Of a stretch of 64,000 bases of DNA, positions 1 through 8,156 are shown piece by piece (position 1 is the first letter of the stretch; each line of letters begins with the position of its first letter). Position numbers and translations under genes: made by a program. Origin of the DNA: Candidatus Falkowbacteria bacterium (GTDB taxonomy: Bacteria; Patescibacteriota; Patescibacteriia; UBA11705); the NCBI GenBank assembly GCA_003518055.1, contig DOZJ01000002.1:55225-119224 (forward strand), read 5' to 3'. Below the pieces are notes generated by a model that searched no databases, was not told the origin of the DNA, and saw nothing but the letters and a program-made list of their open reading frames with translations.

Positions 1-1378
1 CGCTTTTATTATTGCGTTTGATTTGCTTTGGCTGATCAGAATTGTTTATTTTTCATTGTTGTTGTTTTTTTCATGGAGAAGTTTCCGGCGTGAATCCCGC
101 CTCAACTGGTTTGACCGCCTGAAAACTGAAAATAAAGATTGGCAGCGGATCTATCATTACATCCTTTTACCCACCGCCGGTGAACCGTATGAAGTGCTTG
201 ACACCACATTGGACAGTTTGACCAAAAATCATTTTCCCTTGGATCACTTTATTGTCCACTTGGCCGGCGAGGAGCGGTTTCAAACTCAGTTCATCGCCGC
301 GTGGGAAAAATTGTCAAAGAAATATCACGGCCGTTTTTTCCGTTTGATTCACACGATTCATCCGGATGGTTTGCCGGGAGAGATGAAAGGCAAAGGCGCC
401 AATGCTCACTTTGCCGGGTGGGAGGGCAAGAAAGTCATGGATCAACTCGGCTTGAAGTATGAGGATATAATTTGTTCCTATTTTGATTCAGATACTCAGG
501 CCCATCCGGAATACTTTTCGAATTTAACGTACAAGTATTTAACCGTTGAAAATCCGCTGAGGAAGGCTTATCAGCCGGCCGTGGTTTATAACAACAATAT
601 TTGGGATGCTCCCGCCATTACTCGGATTACCGCGTTTGGGACAGTCTTTTGGTTAATGGCGGAGTTGGTGCGGCCGGAGCGCATGTTTACTTTTTCGTCG
701 CACTCCATGCCTTACAAAGCCTTGGTTGATATCGGTTTTTGGCAAAAGGATATTGTGACCGATGATTCGCGAATATTTCTTCAGGGGTATTTTCAGTATC
801 GAGGCGATTTTGAAGTCGTCCCGTTATACGTACCTGTTTCCATGGATAATGTTGCCGCCGACACTTGGTGGCAGAGCGCTCGGAATTTATACAAACAACA
901 GCGCCGCTGGGCGTGGGGCGTGGAGCACTTCCCGTATATGATGAAGGAGTATCGCGCTCACCCGGAAATTTCCAAATGGGCGAAATTTAGACACGCTTTC
1001 AATCAAACCGAGGGGATGTTCTCTTGGGCTACAGCCCCGATCCTGATCTTTATCCTCGGCCGCCTGCCGCTTTGGGTAGCCGGTCTTGGACCGGAATCCT
1101 CATCGGTGATCGTTCAAAATACACCGTTTGTGTTGGAATGGCTGATGGGCGCGGCCATGTTTGGAATATTGATTTCCGCTATTTTCAGCCTGTTGATTTT
1201 ACCGCCGCGACCGGAGTCTCATCCCCGCTACAAATGGTTGATCATGCTGGTCCAGTGGGCTTTACTGCCGGTCACCATGATTATTTTCGGCTCGATTCCC
1301 GCGCTTGATGCTCAAACTCGCTTGGCTCTCGGCAAGAAATATCATCTCGGTTTTTGGGTCACGCCGAAGAAACGCTAG
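1..1378 (+). CDS. Glycosyltransferase family 2, processive (cellulose/chitin-synthase-like), 5'-partial (frame open to window edge)
   Basis: Multi-TM protein with a QQRRW (QxxRW) motif typical of processive GT2 enzymes. The reading frame continues upstream of the first Met at position 23 with no stop. Confidence 0.6.
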   Translation, partial: AFIIAFDLLWLIRIVYFSLLLFFSWRSFRRESRLNWFDRLKTENKDWQRIYHYILLPTAGEPYEVLDTTLDSLTKNHFPLDHFIVHLAGEERFQTQFIAAWEKLSKKYHGRFFRLIHTIHPDGLPGEMKGKGANAHFAGWEGKKVMDQLGLKYEDIICSYFDSDTQAHPEYFSNLTYKYLTVENPLRKAYQPAVVYNNNIWDAPAITRITAFGTVFWLMAELVRPERMFTFSSHSMPYKALVDIGFWQKDIVTDDSRIFLQGYFQYRGDFEVVPLYVPVSMDNVAADTWWQSARNLYKQQRRWAWGVEHFPYMMKEYRAHPEISKWAKFRHAFNQTEGMFSWATAPILIFILGRLPLWVAGLGPESSSVIVQNTPFVLEWLMGAAMFGILISAIFSLLILPPRPESHPRYKWLIMLVQWALLPVTMIIFGSIPALDAQTRLALGKKYHLGFWVTPKKR

Positions 1379-1520
1379 TATCAAGTCATAAAACAAAATT
1401 AGAAGGTATTTACTTAAAATAATTTGTAATTAGTCGAAATTAGGCTGTCTACCGATAAATTTCTCGCCGAAGGACGAGTCAGTCCTATGGCTGACAACAA
1501 ATTTCCCAACTTCTATTAAT

Positions 1521-1603
1521 TTCATTTCTCTAAACCCGCTACCCGCTACCCGCTACACGCTAAAAGCTAAAAGCTATAAGCTATAAGTAAAACGCTATTC
1601 GCT
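1521..1603. repeat. Short tandem repeats abutting a start codon: 3x 'cccgctac', then 'aagctaaa' and 'aagctata' units, ending ...cgctATG
   Basis: Direct reading of the sequence. 7-8 bp periodicity. No Shine-Dalgarno. Confidence 0.8.
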
Positions 1604-2593
1604 ATGTCAAAAGTCGCCGTCAATTTAGTCACGTGGAACGGAGCCAACTACATCAAGGGTTGTCTGGATTCTTTGTTTAATCAGACCTTCACGGACTTCT
1701 CTTTGATGATTATTGACAACGGCTCAACCGACGAAACTCTGGAATTGATCAATGAAAAGTATCCGCATTTAAAAATAGTTAAACACCGAAATAATCTTGG
1801 TTTTGCCAAGGCGCATAATCAGGCGATTCACTGGACCGACAGCGAGTATGTTTTGCTGCTGAATCAGGATATTCTGCTTGAGCCGGATTTTATTGCCAAG
1901 CTGGTGGCGTTCGCCGACACGCGGCCAGACTCTGGCGCCTTTACCGGCAAAATTCTCAAACTGCAAGACGGCCAAAAAACCAAATATATTGATTCCCTTG
2001 GTTTACGTTTGTTCAAAAATCACCGGGTGATTGATCTCGGCGCCGGCGAAATGGACGACAGTCAGTATGACGCAGTCGAAGAAGTTTTCGGCGTTTCCGG
2101 CGCGATTCCATTGTATCGCCGAGCTGCCTTGACGGCGGTTGAGATGGATAAACAGTTTTTTGATGAAGATTTTTTCAGCTACAAGGAAGATGTGGACTTG
2201 GCCTATCGGCTGCGTTCCGCCGGCTGGAAAGCGTTCAAAGTGCCGCCGGCCGTCGCTTATCATGACCGCTCAGTTGCTTTGCCGCAAAAAGATATGTCCA
2301 AACTTGAGCTGGCCAAAGCGCGGCGTCACCGATCAAAGTTTGCCAATTATTATTCCTATCGCAACCATTGGTATTTCCTGATCAAAAATTTACCTGATCT
2401 GAAACCCAAGCATTTATTGCCGGTTTTATGGTTTGAATTTATCAAATTTTTTTACATTTTATTTTTTGAGACCGCGAATTTGAAAATTATAAAAGAGGTT
2501 TGGGCCGAGCGTCATCGATTCCAAGCCAAACGCCGCCTTATCAAGGCCAAACAAAAAGCAAGGACTGAAGATATTGATTCATGGCTGACATAG
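1604..2593 (+). CDS. Glycosyltransferase family 2 (WcaA/rhamnosyltransferase-like)
   Basis: N-terminal 'VTWNGANYIKGCLDSL...IIDNGSTDET' plus DxD-type GT-A signatures. Confidence 0.75.
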   Translation: MSKVAVNLVTWNGANYIKGCLDSLFNQTFTDFSLMIIDNGSTDETLELINEKYPHLKIVKHRNNLGFAKAHNQAIHWTDSEYVLLLNQDILLEPDFIAKLVAFADTRPDSGAFTGKILKLQDGQKTKYIDSLGLRLFKNHRVIDLGAGEMDDSQYDAVEEVFGVSGAIPLYRRAALTAVEMDKQFFDEDFFSYKEDVDLAYRLRSAGWKAFKVPPAVAYHDRSVALPQKDMSKLELAKARRHRSKFANYYSYRNHWYFLIKNLPDLKPKHLLPVLWFEFIKFFYILFFETANLKIIKEVWAERHRFQAKRRLIKAKQKARTEDIDSWLT

Positions 2594-3408
2594 ATATGGA
2601 TTTGTCTATCGTAATATTAAATTACAAATCAAAACGGCTGGTTCGAAACTGCATCCGCGCCATCAAGGAGTCGGTGATTAAGGCTGAATATGAGATAATT
2701 GTGGTTGATAATGATTCCGGTGATCGCATCGCCGAAGATTTGAGTCAATACGCGCCTGATGTTCGTTTTCTCTCGTCCGACCATAATCTTGGCATGGGCG
2801 GCGGCAACAATATCGGCATTCGCGCGGCCGCGGGAAAATATGTCATGATCATGAATCCGGATATTTTTGTCTTCAAAGATTCCATTCAGCGGCTCTACGA
2901 TTTTATCGCTCAGAATCCGGATATCGGTCTGGCCGCGCCGCGCTTGTTAAACCCTGACCGGAGTTTACAATATACCTGTTATGAGTGGTATGGCCCGTTG
3001 ACACCACTGTACCGCCGGACATTTCTCGGCCGGCTGAACTTTGCCGCTCGGGACATCGATCGATTTTTGATGAAAAATTTTGATCATTTGTCGATCAAGG
3101 ACGTTGATTGGTGTCAGGGATCATGTTTCATCGTTCCGAAAAAAGTTTTTGATCAAGTTGGATTGTTTGATGAACGATTTTTTATGTATTTTGAGGATAC
3201 GGATTTATGCCGGCGGATTTGGGCCGGTGGTTATCGCGTCACCTATGTCGGTCCGATTGAAGTGATTCACATGCACATGAAAATGAGCCGTGGCGGCCTA
3301 TTTCAACTATTTACCAACAAACTGACTCGTTTGCATCTCGCCAGTTGGATGCGTTACCTCTGGAAGCATCGATCACGGGAAACACAACCATCAAAAACAA
3401 ACAGCTAA
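2581..3408 (+). CDS. Glycosyltransferase family 2
   Basis: 'SIVILNYKS...VVDNDSGD' GT-A fold motifs. 13-nt overlap with the upstream GT2, which suggests an operon. Confidence 0.75.
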   Translation: MADIDMDLSIVILNYKSKRLVRNCIRAIKESVIKAEYEIIVVDNDSGDRIAEDLSQYAPDVRFLSSDHNLGMGGGNNIGIRAAAGKYVMIMNPDIFVFKDSIQRLYDFIAQNPDIGLAAPRLLNPDRSLQYTCYEWYGPLTPLYRRTFLGRLNFAARDIDRFLMKNFDHLSIKDVDWCQGSCFIVPKKVFDQVGLFDERFFMYFEDTDLCRRIWAGGYRVTYVGPIEVIHMHMKMSRGGLFQLFTNKLTRLHLASWMRYLWKHRSRETQPSKTNS

Positions 3409-3521
3409 AAGTATTTAAAAGCGAATTTACATTCATTTTCTTACTCTATCTTCTTCTTGTATTTGTATTCGTCGTCTCATAATTGTATTTTATCCTCTTA
3501 ATTATCTAAAATTTTACCACC

Positions 3522-5489
3522 ATGGAGGGCCACCAAAATTTTCTTCATCAGTTTGAAGACCGTCATGAACCCAAAACCGGCAGCCGGTGGTGGCGGATTT
3601 TGGCGGTGCCGTTTTCAGTTCTGCCGACAATCTTGCTTACGCTTATAATCGTTGTGTTGGTGATTGTCGTTGGCGGCTTGGTTTTGATCTGGCCGTCGAT
3701 CAATTCCGTTCAAACGATTTCGACCGAGACCCTAAATGCCAAAAAACACCTTGAAGCAGCCCAGACATATCTTCTGGCTCAGGATTTTTTTACCGCCAAA
3801 GAGCAAATTACAGCCGCACGAGATAGTTTTTCCACCGTCAACCGCGAACTTGATGTGATCGCGGCCAAAAGAATCTTTCGTCTGCCTTATGTCAAAGACC
3901 AGGTGAGTATCGCTCGCGACATTGCGCTGATCGGTGAGAACACTTCAAGTCTATTGTCTGAGGTTTCAGATCTTGGAGATCATATTCTGCAACTCACCAA
4001 TTCAACTACGGTCAATTTCAAAGATATCTCAGAGGAACAAAAGGTTCTGGTTCTAAATCAATTGGTGGCCGCCGGCCAAACGTTAAAAAATTCAGAATCG
4101 AAGATCAACGAGGTTGACGCAGCCCTGATTCGGTTGCAGCCTTTGCAGGCTTCTGGCCTGTGGCGCGAGGTGGTGGTTGAGTTGAATTCAAACATTCCTC
4201 AACTTATGAAGGGGTTGCGCTATATCATTACCGCCTCTGATGTTTTGCCCGAGCTGGCCGGCCTTGACCGCGAAAAAGTTTATCTGCTCCTACTTCAAAA
4301 CAATTCCGAACTCCGACCGAGCGGCGGATTTATCGGCACCTACGGCATTTTAAAAGTCAAAAACGGCGAGCTGGCCTCAATCTTTACCGACAACATTTAT
4401 AACTTGGACAAAACAATTGAAGACACCAACGAGATCGCGCCGCCCGAGCCGCTGGTCAAATATCTGAACCAAAAAAAATGGTATATGCGGGATTCAAATT
4501 GGTGGCCTGATTTTCCGACTTCAGCGCGTAAAGTTGAAGAATTTTATCATCTCGAAGGCGGCCCTGAAACCAATATTGACGGTGTGCTGGCGTTAACCCC
4601 TGATGTCATCGCAGATTTCTTGAAAATTGTTGGTCCGGTTACCATTTCTGGCATCACCTTTACCGCTGACAATTTTGTCGATGAACTTCAATATCAAGTG
4701 GAAGTGGGTTTTTTCGAAGACCCCAAAGAATTTGAAGAGCGCAAAGAAATCATCAGTCACTTGGCCGAAGAAATCAAAAATCGTCTGTTCAATTTGAAGG
4801 TCGAACAGCTTCCTTTGGTTTTTGACACGCTTGAAAATAATTTGACCGAAAAATTTATCCTTGGTTATTTTGATCAAGCTGATTTACAAACATTTTTCTC
4901 CACTAAGAATTGGTCGGGTGAGGTCAGACCGACTCCCGATGATTATTTGCTTGTGGTGGATGCTAATTTGGCCGCGCTCAAAACCGATCGGGTGATGCAA
5001 CGTCAAGTCAGTTATTCGGTCCGACCGGACAGCGGCGGCCTTTTGGCTGAAGCCAAGCTGACTTATATCAATAACGGCTGGTTTGACTGGCGCACTACGC
5101 GCTATCGCACCTACACTCGCGTTTACGTTCCTGCCGGCAGCCGGATTCAGAGCCTCAAGGTTGGCAATACTGAATTTAACCCCGAGAGCATCGATACTTA
5201 TCATGAATTTGGTAAAACTGCGTTTGGTTTTTTCTTTCAAGTTGAACCGGGGACCCGCCAAGTGGTCACCTTACGCTATCATCTCCCCGAGTCAGTCGCA
5301 GCCGGCCTCGCTGATTCAGCTTATACGCTGCTGCTGCAAAAACAGTCGGGTGTACCTGAATATGATTTGTCGTTGAACATTAATTTGGGCCGGTCGATTG
5401 TCAAGCAATCCACCGGCGAGACGCTCCCTTCGCTGAACTATTCCGCGAAGGTAAAGGCCGATGAACTATTGACCATAAAAATTAAATAG
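3522..5489 (+). CDS. Membrane-anchored extracytoplasmic protein, DUF4012-like (family assignment tentative)
   Basis: 655 aa with an N-terminal TM helix. Size, architecture and position after the GT genes resemble DUF4012 proteins. No catalytic motif seen. Confidence 0.4.
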   Translation: MEGHQNFLHQFEDRHEPKTGSRWWRILAVPFSVLPTILLTLIIVVLVIVVGGLVLIWPSINSVQTISTETLNAKKHLEAAQTYLLAQDFFTAKEQITAARDSFSTVNRELDVIAAKRIFRLPYVKDQVSIARDIALIGENTSSLLSEVSDLGDHILQLTNSTTVNFKDISEEQKVLVLNQLVAAGQTLKNSESKINEVDAALIRLQPLQASGLWREVVVELNSNIPQLMKGLRYIITASDVLPELAGLDREKVYLLLLQNNSELRPSGGFIGTYGILKVKNGELASIFTDNIYNLDKTIEDTNEIAPPEPLVKYLNQKKWYMRDSNWWPDFPTSARKVEEFYHLEGGPETNIDGVLALTPDVIADFLKIVGPVTISGITFTADNFVDELQYQVEVGFFEDPKEFEERKEIISHLAEEIKNRLFNLKVEQLPLVFDTLENNLTEKFILGYFDQADLQTFFSTKNWSGEVRPTPDDYLLVVDANLAALKTDRVMQRQVSYSVRPDSGGLLAEAKLTYINNGWFDWRTTRYRTYTRVYVPAGSRIQSLKVGNTEFNPESIDTYHEFGKTAFGFFFQVEPGTRQVVTLRYHLPESVAAGLADSAYTLLLQKQSGVPEYDLSLNINLGRSIVKQSTGETLPSLNYSAKVKADELLTIKIK

Positions 5490-5664
5490 TCTGGTTTTTT
5501 TTGCTAGAAATAGCTTTTTTTGTTATTATAATCATTATTATGGGAATTTAGATGTTGAGTTAGGTACTAGAAAGCAATAGGCGCAATGATTAACGATTTT
5601 TTAAGGTAATTAAGCGGATATTTAAACGAAATTCGTATATGAAAAGCTAAATCCAGAATTATGA

Positions 5665-5693
5665 TTGACAGGATGAAAGTTATGTGATAAAAT
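5665..5693 (+). promoter_or_regulatory. Sigma70-type promoter TTGACA-17-TGaTAAAAT (extended -10)
   Basis: ttgaca at 5665-5670, 17-nt spacer, TG at 5685-5686, taaaat at 5688-5693. Followed by SD 'aaaggag' 6 nt before the ATG at 5754. Confidence 0.5.
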
Positions 5694-5753
5694 ATTCCGT
5701 TATGTCCTTTATAATTTTCACCAAGCCGCTCACCAACAGGAAAGGAGCACGGC

Positions 5754-7757
5754 ATGGTATGGTTGATCCTGGCCGTTCTGTTCATCATTTTGGCTGCCTG
5801 CGGTAAGCCGATTTCCAAGCTGTTTTATCGTGAAAACTATCGAGAGGATGTGATGATTAGCGGACGGCGCAAGGTATTTCTTGGCGTCACAATCGCTTCA
5901 AGCTTTATCGCTCTCTTTCTCATCATGGCTACCAGTTATGTGTTTATCGATCAGGATAAGGTTGGTCATCTCAAGCGTATTTACGGCGCCAATATGCCCG
6001 CCGGCCGAGTCATCGCCGTTGATGGCGAAAAGGGCCCCCAGGCTGAGATCCTGCCTCCCGGTTTTCACTTCCGACTGTTCATCAATGTTCTCTATGAAGT
6101 GGAGGAGAAGGATATCGTCTCCGTTTCCAATGATCATTACCGCATTCTCACCGCCTTTGACGGTCGAACGCTGCCTGAAGGTCAGTATCTGGCTGATGAA
6201 TGGCCTGATGGTATGACTGAAAGTTTCCTCAATGCTGAATATTTTATGAGTCCTGTGGCGGAGGGTGGCGAACCACGTGGTCAGAAGGGTCCTCAGCTGT
6301 CGGTTCTAAAGCCTGGCCAGTATCGTCTCAATCGGTATCTGTTTGATGTTAGTGACGAAGTTCAGGCAACCGAGATCGAAGCTGGATCAGTCGGTGTGAT
6401 CAAGAGCAATGTTGGTACGGTTTATACGGACAAGGCGATCGTGCCGAAGTCCATCATCGAGTCCTATCTCGAGGCTTCTCGTCTGGAAATTTCGCTTCGT
6501 CGGACTGCTCTTGAGCAGGAACTCAAGACGCTTGAATCTCTACCTCCGGTAATCGATACCGTAGCGACTCTCGCTACTCCAGAAGCCGCTCCCGAATCCG
6601 GTGATCAGGCTTCTGATGTTGTGCCGGAGGTAGGTGTCACCGCCATTGCTGCCGTCGCTCCGTCTGCTCCGATTTTCCGGACTCAGGAAGTCATTCAGAA
6701 GGATCTGGATAGTCTACGAGAGCTGACTGAAGATGAGGCCTATTCCCGGGCTCTGACCAATCTGTCAAATCCGCTGGTTCCAAAAGGAAACATCGGTGTC
6801 TGGCAGGAGGTTTTGCTTCCCGGCCGCTATTATCTGAATAAGCTGGCATACCATGTAACTATGGTTGATACTCGAGTCCAGACTTGGACTTATGAAGGCG
6901 GGTATACCAGGCGGTATTTTGATCTGACTGTGAATCCTGACGGATCAATCACTCAGAAGGAACGGGAAGATGACGTTCTTCAGCCAGATGGTGCTGCCGA
7001 TTCGGCCATCGTTCATAAGGTTGAGGGCTGGGACGTCTGGCTCGACAGCCGCATTCTGGTTCAGGTCACTCCGGATAATGCACCTTTCGTAGTCGCTTCA
7101 GTTGGAAATCTGGAAGAAGTCGAGAATCGGATCATCACCCCGATGTATCGATCTGTTTCCAGAAACATCCTCGGCAATCGTAAGAATCGCGTACTTGACG
7201 TGATTTATGATCGTCAGACTCAGGAGGCACAGGTTGAGGCGGGTATCAAGCCTGAAGGTTTGAAGTCAGGGCTCATCATCCGAGATGTTCGCTTCGGTGA
7301 TCCATATGTGCCGCCCGAGCTCCTGATCCCTGGCAAGCGTCAGCAGTTGGCTATGCAGCTTCAGACCACGTTCGATCAGGAGAAGGTCGCCCAGGAGACC
7401 CGAATCCAAGCTGAGAAAAAGAAGGCTGAGGCCGAACAGCAGGCCATTCTCATGAAGGCCGAGATCGAAAAGCAGGCGGCCGAGCGCCAGAAGGAACGCG
7501 ATCGTTTGCTCGGTGAAGGTGAACAGCTTCGTCTCGAGGCCGTGGCCAAGGGGCAGAAGGCCCAGGAGGATGTTCTCGGTCCGAAGCTGACATTCGAGCT
7601 GTCCGTAATTCGCGAGATGCTCGCTGCCGCCAAGGAGCATCCCGAGTTGGTCAAGGTTCCCCACATCTTGGTTACCGGTGAGGGTGGCGGTCTATCAGGC
7701 GCGGCCGCTATTCTTGGTGAAAGCACCCTTACTCGGGCCCTCACGCCGAGCAAGTAA
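5754..7757 (+). CDS. SPFH/band-7 flotillin-like protein with lipoprotein-type signal (LAAC lipobox)
   Basis: C-terminal EA-rich coiled coil 'QAEKKKAEAEQQAILMKAEIEKQAAERQKE' typical of flotillin/YqiK, preceded by an SPFH-like region. N-terminal signal with a Cys. GC-richer than flanks, with codons such as CTG/GCC/GGC. Confidence 0.5.
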   Translation: MVWLILAVLFIILAACGKPISKLFYRENYREDVMISGRRKVFLGVTIASSFIALFLIMATSYVFIDQDKVGHLKRIYGANMPAGRVIAVDGEKGPQAEILPPGFHFRLFINVLYEVEEKDIVSVSNDHYRILTAFDGRTLPEGQYLADEWPDGMTESFLNAEYFMSPVAEGGEPRGQKGPQLSVLKPGQYRLNRYLFDVSDEVQATEIEAGSVGVIKSNVGTVYTDKAIVPKSIIESYLEASRLEISLRRTALEQELKTLESLPPVIDTVATLATPEAAPESGDQASDVVPEVGVTAIAAVAPSAPIFRTQEVIQKDLDSLRELTEDEAYSRALTNLSNPLVPKGNIGVWQEVLLPGRYYLNKLAYHVTMVDTRVQTWTYEGGYTRRYFDLTVNPDGSITQKEREDDVLQPDGAADSAIVHKVEGWDVWLDSRILVQVTPDNAPFVVASVGNLEEVENRIITPMYRSVSRNILGNRKNRVLDVIYDRQTQEAQVEAGIKPEGLKSGLIIRDVRFGDPYVPPELLIPGKRQQLAMQLQTTFDQEKVAQETRIQAEKKKAEAEQQAILMKAEIEKQAAERQKERDRLLGEGEQLRLEAVAKGQKAQEDVLGPKLTFELSVIREMLAAAKEHPELVKVPHILVTGEGGGLSGAAAILGESTLTRALTPSK

Positions 7758-7769
7758 ATTTAATTCAAA

Positions 7770-7794
7770 CACAGCAACTACTGTGTTTTTTTGT
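7770..7794 (+). terminator. Rho-independent terminator (acacag-caacta-ctgtgt + T7)
   Basis: Perfect 6-bp stem followed by tttttttg, 13 nt after the stop. Confidence 0.6.
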
Positions 7795-8102
7795 TATAAA
7801 AAATCCCATTTGTTCAGTTGCTCAAAATTTGGTAAACTAGGGGACGCGGGTGACATGAGGCGAGTGCCGCACACTTACCTCGATGTTACTGTCACCAAAT
7901 CCTTTTACCCTCACTATTCCCTTATTACACATTACTTCTCACTTATACTGTTTCCTCTTTACCACCCTCATCACCGTAATTTATTTATTTACCATCTCCC
8001 AATTCGTCCAAAATTTTTGTAGAAAGACTTTATCTAAACGACCCTTCATCTTGAAATTGTTTTTGTAAAAGCCAAACCTCCCAATTTCTTTCCAGAATAA
8101 TA

Positions 8103-8144
8103 TCTAATCTCGAATCTCCAATCTCTTAATCTCTTAATCTCTTC
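8103..8144. repeat. Tandem 7-8 bp repeat (t)aatctc(t), about 5 units, directly upstream of dnaE, ending ...tctccccctATG
   Basis: Direct reading. The same unit recurs at 57619-57668. Confidence 0.8.
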
Positions 8145-8156
8145 TTTTCTCCCCCT

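Noticed and set aside
1024-1308. 94-aa plus-strand ORF
   Set aside because: Lies inside the GT2 gene in another frame.
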